Notes: a model not told the origin generated them from the letters alone. DNA of 53,286 nt from a virus (IMGVR_UViG_3300009159_000088:1-53286), one strand, 5' to 3'; positions 15,074 to 24,678 are shown, counted from the stretch's first letter. A program made the numbers and translations.

Positions 15074-16282
15074 ATGCAAAGAGGTAAACGCAAAGCCGGC
15101 GGTGGAATCAAAGCGCTTGATTCTCGTTATACGGGAGAAGAACCAATCTGGGATGGTTGGGAGACTTGGCCTGTGGAACAATTCTGGAAGGAGTATTCTC
15201 GGTCCTTTAATTTCTACAACTATTACTCCACAGCAAAGGACAGCAAGCCAGCCGTTCTGGAATGGATGGTCAATAATGGCTACACAAAGGAAGATATTTC
15301 TGCAGTGAAAGCTGCTCCAGATTATTCTCCTGGTATGACGACAGGTACTCTTTGTACATGCATGAATAAAGGAATGCCGAAATTTCATCCTGGAATCAAT
15401 GACTATCTCAAGTCACTTCGGAGCGATGCATTACCTCAGATTGCCTGCGACATCTTTGTGAAAGAAGCGATTGCCACTTCAATCTTTGAAGGCAAAAAGC
15501 TGAAACATCGAGATGCAGTTGAAACTGTTACCGCTGAAAAGCCGACTGGTATTTCTCCAATGGATCACCTCAAGGCCAAATGCACGCGGACCATGATTAT
15601 GGATCTTGATGTGCTTATGGATGAATGGTGCGATTCGGGCAATGAAGTACGAGTCATTCCAGTGTATAAGACGATGCAGCAGTACGAACTTCCTGCTGCA
15701 GCATGCACTTTTGTGGAAGATTACCTTAAGAAGTTGCTGAACGAAATGACTGATGCCCACACGGGCGCCAGCGAGTACCTTGCTGAAGCCTATGGCTTCT
15801 ATACCAAGAAGCAGCTGCTCATGCGCATTGATGCTCTGTCGGCAATGATTGATGATCTCACCATGTTTAAGACGAGCGTCAAGGCTGCCAAAGCACCGCG
15901 TGAGAAGAAGCCCACGGCTGCCACAAAGCAGATTGCAAAGCTCCAGTACCTCAAGCACAGTGAGGAGTTTAAGATTACCTCCATCAATCCTATTCGGGTT
16001 GTGGGAGCCTATCGTCTCCTTGCCTTCAATGTGAAGACCCGGGTACTGTTTGATTATGTTTGCACGGTAACCACTGGGTTTACTATCAAGGGTACCACTA
16101 TCCAGAACTTTGATGAGGTGGCTTCCCGCTGCATCCGTCTCCGTAAGCCCGATGAATTTATTCCTATTGCCGTAGGAAGCACAGAGAAACAACTTGAAAA
16201 GGCGTGGGTAAAACTCACTACTAAGATTGCAAAACCAAATGGGCGCATTAATGGTGACATTGTGCTCCTCAGAATTCTATAA
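15074..16282 (+). CDS. conserved hypothetical T4-like phage protein
   Basis: About 402 aa; FNFYNYY near the N-terminus; C-terminal GFTIKGTTIQNFD, LRKP, NGRIN; start moved to ATG 15074. Confidence 0.8.
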   Translation: MQRGKRKAGGGIKALDSRYTGEEPIWDGWETWPVEQFWKEYSRSFNFYNYYSTAKDSKPAVLEWMVNNGYTKEDISAVKAAPDYSPGMTTGTLCTCMNKGMPKFHPGINDYLKSLRSDALPQIACDIFVKEAIATSIFEGKKLKHRDAVETVTAEKPTGISPMDHLKAKCTRTMIMDLDVLMDEWCDSGNEVRVIPVYKTMQQYELPAAACTFVEDYLKKLLNEMTDAHTGASEYLAEAYGFYTKKQLLMRIDALSAMIDDLTMFKTSVKAAKAPREKKPTAATKQIAKLQYLKHSEEFKITSINPIRVVGAYRLLAFNVKTRVLFDYVCTVTTGFTIKGTTIQNFDEVASRCIRLRKPDEFIPIAVGSTEKQLEKAWVKLTTKIAKPNGRINGDIVLLRIL

Positions 16283-16285
16283 ACT

Positions 16286-16633
16286 ATGGACACTCTTGAA
16301 AAAGAACCAATAGATGTAATGACGATTGCTCGGATGAGTACAGTCATCATCGGAAGCAAAAAATCAGTCTTGGAAAAACTGAATGAATTGTATCCTCTTG
16401 AAGTCAAGAGCGACACGAATCCGTCACCGAAATTCTATTCGGACATGCCGTTTGAGGCACAGATTGAAAAGCTCCTTAACTTTAATAAATACAAGAACAG
16501 CCATTTCGTATATGGTATCATGTACTACTATGAAACTGACAATTCTCCCGAACGTGCCAAAATTGTAAAGGACATGAACCTTCCTGAAACGGTTATTAAC
16601 TATCGTATTCAACGCGTAGAACTCCACCGTTAA
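16286..16633 (+). CDS. hypothetical protein
   Basis: 115 aa, packed in the operon. Confidence 0.65.
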   Translation: MDTLEKEPIDVMTIARMSTVIIGSKKSVLEKLNELYPLEVKSDTNPSPKFYSDMPFEAQIEKLLNFNKYKNSHFVYGIMYYYETDNSPERAKIVKDMNLPETVINYRIQRVELHR

Positions 16634-16641
16634 TTAAACCT

Positions 16642-17076
16642 ATGAAAACTATTCTTACACTCGGCTTAATGTTATCATTTTTAACGCCAGCCTATTCTCA
16701 AAATCTTCGTCCGGAAACTGTCAACGGTACCATCATTGGTGCCATTGCTGGTGCAATTATTGGCAACAATAGCGGCAGTCTTGGACATAATTCACTCCGC
16801 GGAGCGGCGTATGGCGCCGGCGCGGGATTAATTATTGGCAGCATTGTTGGCAGAACAAACGAGCGAACTATTGTTTATCAGCAAGAACCAATTTATTACC
16901 ACGATGAAGTCGTTCATCACTCGGTTGTTCTTCAAAGACAGCACGGACCACATTGCCGAGTTTTTCATCTGGAAAATGTACCACACTCCATCTGTCATTA
17001 TCGACCACAGCCAACAACGGTTATTATTCAGAAGCACTATCACAGTCCAAATAAAATGTTTGGCAGAAGAAACTAA
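16642..17076 (+). CDS. secreted glycine-zipper protein
   Basis: Signal peptide; GTIIGAIAGAIIG and GAAYGAGAGLIIGSIVG; His-rich tail. Confidence 0.75.
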   Translation: MKTILTLGLMLSFLTPAYSQNLRPETVNGTIIGAIAGAIIGNNSGSLGHNSLRGAAYGAGAGLIIGSIVGRTNERTIVYQQEPIYYHDEVVHHSVVLQRQHGPHCRVFHLENVPHSICHYRPQPTTVIIQKHYHSPNKMFGRRN

Positions 17077-17080
17077 AATT

Positions 17081-17314
17081 ATGTTAAAGGATATTCCAAC
17101 AAAGCAGAGTCTTACTCAAACGATTGAAAGTTTAGTTTCTAAAGAAGGAATGTCCTATATTGAAGCCGCTCTTCACTATTGTGCAGAACTACAAATTGAC
17201 CCATTGGACGTTGGTAAACTTATCTCTCCTGTCATTAAATCTAAAATCGAAGCCGAAGCAATGACACGCAATCTATTACCGAAGGGCAATTCGCTTTCAA
17301 GTTTTATTAAATAA
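17081..17314 (+). CDS. gp33: late transcription co-activator
   Basis: MSYIEAALHYC...IDP..VGKLISPVIKSKIEAEA..NLL; located upstream of gp59 and gp32. Confidence 0.9.
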   Translation: MLKDIPTKQSLTQTIESLVSKEGMSYIEAALHYCAELQIDPLDVGKLISPVIKSKIEAEAMTRNLLPKGNSLSSFIK

Positions 17315-17880
17315 TGTCTTTTCTATTAGACACGCCTTACACACCGTGCCTTATAAGAAATGAATTCCTTTTCGATGAACAAGAAGGTCATGGTGAATTT
17401 ACCCATGGTTTTGTTTTTGGTTTTAGAGCGGAGCCGCACGGTGTACCAGTGTTTCAGGTTATGCTCGAAAACGGAGCGCAATGGGCACGGATACCGGTGC
17501 ATATGATCTGCAGTAAACCATGCGACCCATTACCGCTGGATATATGTGTATGGTGGGATGGTTTTAGTAGGTGCAGTACCGTCCATCAGTTTAACTTTCT
17601 AAAAAACATGCCTGTTGATTGTTATGGAAGAGATAAAATAACTCGTAGGGGCAATTACATATTTACAATTGACTGGGCAAAGGATGGCTGGTCGGAAATA
17701 CCGGACCAGCATAAAAATCATCATATTATCAGTTTAAATACCGGTCAATGGGTGGCCTATCCTAACAATAAAACAGTTTGGCTCGATAATAGCTGGATTA
17801 AGCCAGAAGTAAATTTTAAGTGGAAAAGCCCAAGTAAAAGTTATAGCGTCGAAAGCAATCCATCAAATTATTCTATATGA
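17314..17880 (+). CDS. conserved hypothetical phage protein
   Basis: GHGEF, ENGAQWARIP, YIFTIDW, HKNHH, YPNN motifs. Confidence 0.8.
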   Translation: MSFLLDTPYTPCLIRNEFLFDEQEGHGEFTHGFVFGFRAEPHGVPVFQVMLENGAQWARIPVHMICSKPCDPLPLDICVWWDGFSRCSTVHQFNFLKNMPVDCYGRDKITRRGNYIFTIDWAKDGWSEIPDQHKNHHIISLNTGQWVAYPNNKTVWLDNSWIKPEVNFKWKSPSKSYSVESNPSNYSI

Positions 17881-18275
17881 ATACCATCAGTGACAGCCTC
17901 ATTGAAAAACTTGAGGAGTTATATCCTAAGCCGAAGCCCGAGCCTGTAAAGGAAGAACCCGTTGCAGTAAAACAATCGGTTACCGACTATACTATTACAT
18001 CCGGTAGTAGTACATACAGTGGTAGTTACGCCAGTGGTGGTTACGCCATTCAGTCCACAAATGCGGGCATTAACTTTCCTCCTACTTGGGGTGCCGTAAC
18101 GACACCACCTATTACAGTTCTTGATCAGATGAAGGTTAAGGAAACCAGTGTTTCATATGAAACCACTCTCAAACAATACTTTGATTGCAAAATGATTGAC
18201 CTTGAATTTAAAATAAAAGATCATATCAGACAGGAAATTGACAAACTAAAATGCAGCCCTGGGACGCCTACCTAA
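17877..18275 (+). CDS. hypothetical protein
   Basis: 132 aa; ATGA overlap; KLEELYP is shared with ORF 16286 (KLNELYP). Confidence 0.6.
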   Translation: MNTISDSLIEKLEELYPKPKPEPVKEEPVAVKQSVTDYTITSGSSTYSGSYASGGYAIQSTNAGINFPPTWGAVTTPPITVLDQMKVKETSVSYETTLKQYFDCKMIDLEFKIKDHIRQEIDKLKCSPGTPT

Positions 18276-18871
18276 TATATAATAGTGTTAAACTGCATTT
18301 CGAGAGTGACTCTTACGACGCAATTAAATACAGTTTTAAAACTTCTGCGACCCAGAAGTCGTTCTTTCAACGTAAGGACAAATATTTCTTTGCTAAATTG
18401 GCCAAGAAGTATTCCGACAAACAAATTTTGATTGACTTCCTGGTTGCGAACTTTGCATCCTTGGATACGGGTAAGTGCTGGGCAGGCAATCTAGTTGAAC
18501 AATCGGCAGATGATAACTACAAGTTCTATCTAAAAAGAATAGAATCAATGAGTTATTTCTTTGACGATCAAGTAGACAGACTGGTGGAGCACTGTAAGGG
18601 TAGTGGGATTTCATTTGATGACTTATTCAAGTCAGAGAATGGAGCTCATCCACGAATTGCGACATTGGTGATGGACAAAACTATTGAGCTTGAAACCTTG
18701 GTAGTTCTCGACATTATGGTGGGCTTTATGAAACGCTCGAAGATTACGGAGACCATTCTATGGCCTGAGTTTTCCAAGAAAGTTATAAAGTTCAAGCCAT
18801 TCCTCAAACAGAAAGTAGACATAAAAAAGTTACGTCAGATTGTGCTTTTAGGGTTTACAAATAGGGAATAA
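18251..18871 (+). CDS. gp59: helicase loader
   Basis: AYLIYNSVKLHF..DSYDAIKY, FFQRKDKYFFAKLAKKY, IELETLVVLD; directly upstream of gp32. Confidence 0.92.
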   Translation: MQPWDAYLIYNSVKLHFESDSYDAIKYSFKTSATQKSFFQRKDKYFFAKLAKKYSDKQILIDFLVANFASLDTGKCWAGNLVEQSADDNYKFYLKRIESMSYFFDDQVDRLVEHCKGSGISFDDLFKSENGAHPRIATLVMDKTIELETLVVLDIMVGFMKRSKITETILWPEFSKKVIKFKPFLKQKVDIKKLRQIVLLGFTNRE

Positions 18872-18881
18872 AGGATATTAT
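18854..18881 (+). promoter_or_regulatory. early promoter for gp32
   Basis: gTTTACA-N16-TATTAT. Confidence 0.65.
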
Positions 18882-18918
18882 CATACATGTTAGTCATACA
18901 CAACCATACTAAAATACT

Positions 18919-19848
18919 ATGTCATTCGCAGATCTAAAAAATAATCGCAATACTGCAATCAGTAGCCTTACAGCGGCTGCTCAAAAAGTCGCCGGTGGCG
19001 GCGAGAAGAAATCCTACACGGACGACCGCCTCTGGGCTCCCATCGTAGATAAAGCTGGTAACGGTTATGCCGTTATTCGTTTCCTTCCGGCTAAGGCTGG
19101 TGAGGAACTCCCATGGGTCCGTTACTGGGACCATGGCTTCAAGGGTCCAACCGGACGTTGGTACATCGAGAACTCTCTCAGTTCAATTGGTCAGCAAGAC
19201 CCCGTTGGTGAACTCAATTCCAAGCTCTGGAATTCTGGTGATGAGAAGGATAAGGAAGTCGCTCGTACTCAGAAACGCCGCCTTCACTATGTTTCAAACA
19301 TTCTTGTTGTTTCCGATCCGGCAAATCCAGCCAACGAAGGCAAAGTGTTCCTTTACAAATACGGCAAGAAAATCTTTGATAAGATGCTGGACGTAATGCA
19401 GCCAGCCTTTCAAGATGAGAAGCCAGTGAATCCATTCGACTTCTGGACCGGTGCCGATTTCAAGCTCAAGATTCGTAATGTTGAGGGTTACCGCAACTAC
19501 GATAAGTCGGAGTTTGCTCCTGTGGCTCCTCTCTTTGGTGGAGATGAAGCTAAGTTGGAAACCATCTACAACTCAATGCACGCTCTCAAGGACTTCGTCG
19601 ATCCGAAGAACTACAAGTCATACGCCGAACTGAAACGTAAGTTGTATGAAGTTCTCGGTGAAGAAGGTCAGGTTCTTACAACTGCGGAAGCGGTTGAACT
19701 GAGCGAATCACAACCAGCTCCAAGAAAAGCCACTGTTGAGGCGGCTGCTCCAAGAGAAGCATTTAAGCCTGTCGAGACAGGCAGCGACGATGAAGAAGAT
19801 ACCGGAGACACCCTTAGTTACTTTGCCAAGCTAGCAAAGGAAGACTAA
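18919..19848 (+). CDS. gp32: single-stranded DNA-binding protein
   Basis: DKAGNGYAVIRFLP, WYIENS, GKVFLYKYGKKIFDK, NPFDFWTGADFKLKIR..EGYRNYDKSEF; acidic tail ending YFAKLA. Confidence 0.97.
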   Translation: MSFADLKNNRNTAISSLTAAAQKVAGGGEKKSYTDDRLWAPIVDKAGNGYAVIRFLPAKAGEELPWVRYWDHGFKGPTGRWYIENSLSSIGQQDPVGELNSKLWNSGDEKDKEVARTQKRRLHYVSNILVVSDPANPANEGKVFLYKYGKKIFDKMLDVMQPAFQDEKPVNPFDFWTGADFKLKIRNVEGYRNYDKSEFAPVAPLFGGDEAKLETIYNSMHALKDFVDPKNYKSYAELKRKLYEVLGEEGQVLTTAEAVELSESQPAPRKATVEAAAPREAFKPVETGSDDEEDTGDTLSYFAKLAKED

Positions 19849-19878
19849 TCCGTATCGGCTTAATCTCTATATCATGAT

Positions 19879-19910
19879 AAGAGGGTCCTCGAAAGGGGAC
19901 CCTCTTTTTT
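19879..19910 (+). terminator. intrinsic terminator between convergent gp32 and tape measure genes
   Basis: aagagggtcctc-GAAA-ggggaccctctt followed by T tract. Confidence 0.9.
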
Positions 19911-22551
19911 AGTAAAATTGTGGAGTCAACATCCAGGAGGTACGGTCGGGAATGTTGTTCGAATTATATGTAACAGATTTATTGTCGTTGTTGATGGTTC
20001 GGCTTGAAGAACCACCACCTCCACCACCCGAAGATGCACTAATCATTGCTGCATTTGCTGCATTTGTGTAAGCGTCTTCGGTACGAGCAGTATCGGTTTC
20101 AAGTGCATTCATTTCGGCGCCAACAATCGGCGAATCACTTCGTTCAAGTTGCGCTGTTCTGGCATAAGTGTTAAGCAACTCTTCATCGGAGTTTAACACA
20201 GCTTTTTGTGTTTCATCGAGCAACGCCGTCTGCTCGTATGCGTCTAACATATCAGCATCCGTCACTCTTGTCGATCTAAGAGGTGATTCTTCAGCAATCG
20301 TATTAACCGCAGACTTTAGTCCATCGAGAGATTTAAGACCAAATGGATCTTCAGATGCACCTAATGGAGCAGCAGTAATTTTACTTGGTTTAAGTCCTAA
20401 TGGATCTTCAGATGCACCTAATGGAGCAGCAGTAATCGGCGAAGACTCACCGGCTGCACCTGCTGCACCTGCTGCACCTGCTGCACCACTGCTTCCGCTT
20501 GAAGGCAGACCAAGTAGATCGAGCGCCTTCTTTGTAAGATCGAATCCAAATAATCCTGAGATTGCATTTAACGGAGATAAAAGCGTTTTAACTAAACCAC
20601 CCATAACATCTAAAAATATGGATTTAAGATCCTTTTCTCCGCTAAAAAGGTCTTTTAGCCCGTAGAATATTGAACTAATAAAGGCGAATTGATCCGTAAA
20701 AAATGTTACAACAGTATCGATTACTCCATTAATTGCATTCTTGATAATATCAGTGAAACTAAAACTATCCAAAGCTGCAGCAATACCGTCGAAACCTAAT
20801 GCTCCCGCGATCCATGAAACTCCGCCCTTCAGCATATTAAGGAGTCCTCCAATAAGACCGTCAACTAGGTTTGAAAGCCCATTTTTAAGCCCTCCTATAA
20901 TTTTATCAATAAAACTGCCTTCAGTTTTCTGAAAACCATCGATAAACCCCGTAACTAAATCAAATAAACCAATGATTGCGGTAATTGGCCAAGCTATTTT
21001 GCCAAGAATACTACCAAATGCACCGGCAAATTTACCAAAGATACCACTAACATTTCCGAGTGCCTTAAATATGCCTCCGGCTGCTTTCATTACAAAACCC
21101 AGCCCAATACCTATTTTATCAACGATGTCGCCAAAATTAAAACTGTCAAGCATTTTTTCTAAATCTTTAAAACCCAATGCTCCGGCAGCCCATGAAACAA
21201 TACTCTTCATGATATTAAAGATACCACCAATAAGACCATCAAGGAATTTTTTAACACCGCCTCTGAGCCCTCCCAAAAGTTTATCTATGAAATTGCCTTC
21301 AGTTTTTGCAAAACCATCAATGAAGCCAGTAATCGAATCGAATATACCCATGATCACCTGAAACGGAACATTTAATTTACCAATAAACGAACCTAATGCT
21401 TTACCAAATCTAAACATTACAGCTGTAACAAGTTTCATTTTACCGAAAAAAGAACTAATACCTTTAAAAGAATTAATTAATTTTCCTACAATACTAGTAG
21501 ATTCAGTACCGATAGATAATACTCTTTTTATAAGATTGAATTTTTTTATGACCGGCTCAAATGCTTCGGAAATACCCTTTCCTAAATTCGTAAAACCTTG
21601 AAACAATTCTGTAATGTAACCAATCAATGCAGATCGTTTTATTATTTGATACAATGCTCTAACCTTAGAACCAAAACGCTCAACAATTCCAATTATATCA
21701 TCGAATGATTTAGTTATAAACGTACCAAATTTTGATTGTTTAATTGTTTGATACAATGCTTTAGTTTTAGAAGAAAGACGTTCTCCAATTTCAACAATAC
21801 TTTTAAATGCTTTTGTTATTTCAGCAACAAACTTTGAACCTTTAATTTTTGCTAGTAATGGACGAAAGTCTAAAAGTTTAGTGAGGCTTTTGAATACCTC
21901 TTTGGCTTGGATTGCCAATTCTGCAACAAAGCTTGTAACAAAACCCAATAGAGCTGCACCCACCGCAACCGCCCATGCACCCCAACTCATTTCTGGTTTT
22001 TCCGGTTTTTCGTTCTTTTCCTCCTCTTCTTTTTTCTTGTTTTCTAGAGCCTCTCGAATTTTTTCAAATATTTCAAGCATCTCCTTGTTATTTTCTAAAT
22101 CTTTCAGAGAACTACCTCTGTTTGCGGCATCAACTAAGGAGCCAACGCGTACCATAATTTCTTCATTTGAAATTTCAATATTCTTCAAATATTCTTCAAT
22201 TGCAATTAAACTAATACCATTTGATTCTGCATAATTTGAAATAAAGGATAACCCAGCCACAATTTCCTTATCGTTTGCTGTAGGTTTTTGCGATCCTTTT
22301 TTAGGCGTGTTCGCAAGAATCTTAGTTAAACAATTCAAGCTTTTTTCCGAATTATTTACCAACTCATTTAAACGAGCAACCATTTCACTATTCTGTGTTT
22401 TATTGGCATCGCTGCTTGCTGTCGTAGCTTGTTCAGTAATAAGCAACGACTTTTGGATACCTTCAAGCTGAAATACTTGGTTAAAACTACCTTTGTTCGA
22501 AATTTGAAGTTCCGATAAAATATCTTGAAATGTTTTGTCTTTTTCAGGCAT
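19909..22551 (-). CDS. tail tape measure / baseplate hub protein (gp29-like)
   Basis: 880 aa, helical, with G/F/I/K amphipathic repeats and internal duplications; directly downstream of gp26-gp51. Confidence 0.75.
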   Translation of the reverse strand: MPEKDKTFQDILSELQISNKGSFNQVFQLEGIQKSLLITEQATTASSDANKTQNSEMVARLNELVNNSEKSLNCLTKILANTPKKGSQKPTANDKEIVAGLSFISNYAESNGISLIAIEEYLKNIEISNEEIMVRVGSLVDAANRGSSLKDLENNKEMLEIFEKIREALENKKKEEEEKNEKPEKPEMSWGAWAVAVGAALLGFVTSFVAELAIQAKEVFKSLTKLLDFRPLLAKIKGSKFVAEITKAFKSIVEIGERLSSKTKALYQTIKQSKFGTFITKSFDDIIGIVERFGSKVRALYQIIKRSALIGYITELFQGFTNLGKGISEAFEPVIKKFNLIKRVLSIGTESTSIVGKLINSFKGISSFFGKMKLVTAVMFRFGKALGSFIGKLNVPFQVIMGIFDSITGFIDGFAKTEGNFIDKLLGGLRGGVKKFLDGLIGGIFNIMKSIVSWAAGALGFKDLEKMLDSFNFGDIVDKIGIGLGFVMKAAGGIFKALGNVSGIFGKFAGAFGSILGKIAWPITAIIGLFDLVTGFIDGFQKTEGSFIDKIIGGLKNGLSNLVDGLIGGLLNMLKGGVSWIAGALGFDGIAAALDSFSFTDIIKNAINGVIDTVVTFFTDQFAFISSIFYGLKDLFSGEKDLKSIFLDVMGGLVKTLLSPLNAISGLFGFDLTKKALDLLGLPSSGSSGAAGAAGAAGAAGESSPITAAPLGASEDPLGLKPSKITAAPLGASEDPFGLKSLDGLKSAVNTIAEESPLRSTRVTDADMLDAYEQTALLDETQKAVLNSDEELLNTYARTAQLERSDSPIVGAEMNALETDTARTEDAYTNAANAAMISASSGGGGGGSSSRTINNDNKSVTYNSNNIPDRTSWMLTPQFY
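20342..20488. repeat. 38-bp direct repeat (57-bp period) plus a 9-bp tandem repeat
   Basis: aatggatcttcagatgcacctaatggagcagcagtaat at 20342 and 20399 (ITAAPLGASEDP x2); about four gctgcacct units. Confidence 0.9.
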
Positions 22552-22557
22552 GGTCGT

Positions 22558-22743
22558 TTATTTTTGAAATTTCTTCTTGGCTCTTTCGTTTTCTTCTTTA
22601 ATATGGTCAACTAAAAGAGAAACGTATATCTCCCTCTCCCATGGCATCATGCTATCAAGTTCTGTTAGACTGTATTTGTGATGCTGCATCATTGCAAAAT
22701 TTGTTTGGTAATGATTCACGAGTGTATCATGCGAGAGGGCTAT
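22558..22743 (-). CDS. gp51: baseplate hub assembly protein gp51-like (absent from ORF track; probably reached by frameshift, or starts at GTG 22719 or ATG 22692)
   Basis: Hand translation: ALSHDTLVNHYQTNFAMMQHHKYSLTELDSMMPWEREIYVSLLVDHIKEENERAKKKFQK*. Confidence 0.85.
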   Translation of the reverse strand: MALSHDTLVNHYQTNFAMMQHHKYSLTELDSMMPWEREIYVSLLVDHIKEENERAKKKFQK

Positions 22744-23450
22744 TAGAAAAAATTCTGGAGTCCTTTTAGAACAACTTTGTTATCTTTCTGGCAATGCTTG
22801 CATGTAAAGGATATTTCCTTTTCAAGTTTTGGCATTTTTTCGATAAACTCTTGGATCTGTTGGAATTGTAACTGATTCAATGATTCAATGAATTCTAACA
22901 TTTCTTCTTGCGATTGCTCTGATGCTGGATAAATCTTTTTTTCATCAAAAATTGCTTCGATGCAATGAACCACAACATCGAATGCTGCGGATTTCTGATC
23001 GGTTTTTGACTTGGCTCCCATGTCGGTTACGAATTCAACGCTTGGCCAGCGCATAATCACTCCGATTTTATCGCTCAGTTTAATCTTGTTCGATGGTTTT
23101 TCTTCAACATCCATTTTAATGTCGTCGATGTTTACCTCGCAGGATGTTGTTTTTTCACAACTTGAGCATTTAACACCGATCTTTGCAATTTCGCCAACAG
23201 ACTTGGCTCTTAGTTTCAGAAAGATGTATTCCAGATCAAAAATAGCCAATGAATTTGGATCAATTTTATTAAATGTGCAGGAAGCAACAGTATCTTTCAT
23301 TGCCTGCATGATCTGCTTCTGGTCTTCAGATTCGATTGCAATCATTAAAAGTTTTTCTTCTTTTACGAGGTAGGGACGATATGTTAACTTTTTTCCGGTA
23401 GACGGAAGAGTCATTTCATATTTCGGTGTTTCTAGGATTGGTAGTGGCAT
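22743..23450 (-). CDS. gp26: baseplate hub assembly chaperone
   Basis: MPLPILETPKYEMTLPSTGK..YRPYLVKEEKLL, FDLEYIFLKLRAKSVGE, two CxxC motifs, GLQNFF end. Confidence 0.92.
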   Translation of the reverse strand: MPLPILETPKYEMTLPSTGKKLTYRPYLVKEEKLLMIAIESEDQKQIMQAMKDTVASCTFNKIDPNSLAIFDLEYIFLKLRAKSVGEIAKIGVKCSSCEKTTSCEVNIDDIKMDVEEKPSNKIKLSDKIGVIMRWPSVEFVTDMGAKSKTDQKSAAFDVVVHCIEAIFDEKKIYPASEQSQEEMLEFIESLNQLQFQQIQEFIEKMPKLEKEISFTCKHCQKDNKVVLKGLQNFF

Positions 23451-23494
23451 GTGATTAATTATGTGTTGTGGTTATCATTCAAGCGGAAATTTTC

Positions 23495-24067
23495 TTATTC
23501 TTCGAGCGGCTTCGCGTTCGAAAGTGACTCGGGAGCTGGTTTATAATTTAGTGGCAAGACGAAGAAATCTTCGTATGCCATTGATACTGCAAATCGTTGA
23601 ACTGTATTTTCTGAATTATTGTCTAAAGGAATACTATTTAGTGACGTTGGAAATGCATTCATTAGTTCCACGCCGTAAACCTTATTTTCATGTTTGTCTA
23701 ACTGATATATTTGAATCGTACCTTTGTAATCTTCAAGATAATTTGCTCGATAATTGTCAAAATTAATCACCGATGTCGACCAAGAATCGAATATCTTTTT
23801 AACATAAAAATCATTGGTCAATAAAAACGAAAAAGCGACTTCTTCGTTTATGTAGCCATTCGGAACCTTGATTGATTGGCGCAATAGTTGATAGTCAAAG
23901 GTTGTAATTTGTCTACCCGGAAGAGTACAATTTTCACATAGAATGTTAAAATCCGATCCATTCACTGAAATTTTTTGCGGAGGAGTAATTCGCACTAAGA
24001 ATCTGTTTTGATGAGCAAGACCCGATCGTCTATTTACTAAACCTTTAAGTTCTTGGATATTTGACAT
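23495..24067 (-). CDS. gp54: tail tube initiator / tube-fold protein (gp54-like)
   Basis: GLAHQNRFLVRI, LCENCTLPGR, YKGTIQIYQLD, NAFPTSL; between gp2 and gp26. Confidence 0.65.
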   Translation of the reverse strand: MSNIQELKGLVNRRSGLAHQNRFLVRITPPQKISVNGSDFNILCENCTLPGRQITTFDYQLLRQSIKVPNGYINEEVAFSFLLTNDFYVKKIFDSWSTSVINFDNYRANYLEDYKGTIQIYQLDKHENKVYGVELMNAFPTSLNSIPLDNNSENTVQRFAVSMAYEDFFVLPLNYKPAPESLSNAKPLEE

Positions 24068-24078
24068 GCGAGTATTCT

Positions 24079-24678
24079 TTATGTCGACAGATATTGTTTA
24101 CGTGAATCGCGCCAAACCTCAGCGTTCTTTGCATTTTTAAAGTGTTCCGTTGGCAAGAAGATCGCTGTTTCCCAGTCCGGAGCAAATACCTGCGATGCTC
24201 TTGTCATCATATGATCCTTTAAATAGTGTTTTAAGCAAGGAGCGAATTCACGATATTTCTTTGCTCCGGCTAATAGCTTGTACCTGACCTTGAGTCTTGT
24301 TTTTTCTGTAAGAACATCGGCGGATATGGTTTCAAGTAATTTATCCAAAAACCTTGCTCGAATCTTAGGATGAAGGTAATGTAGGTTTAATCCTAGAAAA
24401 CCTCCGGGCGCGGGCCCGATGACAATAACTAAAGGAAATCGGTCGTAATATGGAAGTTCAGCTTTTAGTTTCGGATCATAGGCAAACATATACATATTGC
24501 CCAAGATGGCTGTCGATCTTTGCTGTAACTTTGTATCACGAAGAAGTTCGCGGCGGTTGATTCTGCCGTTGAGTTCTTTTACTTTTAACATGAACCAAGC
24601 CTTTGCCTCAGCAGAACGTTTTTCAAATCCTGTGGAATTGAATTGAGTCTCTAATTTGCTGAAAAGTGATACTGGCAT
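24079..24678 (-). CDS. gp2: DNA end protector protein
   Basis: GNMYMFAYDPK...LPYYDRFPLV, GFLGLNLHYL, PCLKHYL, WETAIFLP. Confidence 0.93.
   Translation of the reverse strand: MPVSLFSKLETQFNSTGFEKRSAEAKAWFMLKVKELNGRINRRELLRDTKLQQRSTAILGNMYMFAYDPKLKAELPYYDRFPLVIVIGPAPGGFLGLNLHYLHPKIRARFLDKLLETISADVLTEKTRLKVRYKLLAGAKKYREFAPCLKHYLKDHMMTRASQVFAPDWETAIFLPTEHFKNAKNAEVWRDSRKQYLST

Noticed and set aside
15479-16192. 237-aa antisense ORF
   Set aside because: Lies wholly opposite a conserved plus-strand gene, with no promoter or recognisable motif
22368-22610. 80-aa minus-strand ORF overlapping the tape measure start
   Set aside because: The recognisable gp51 sequence is in a different frame (22558-22743)
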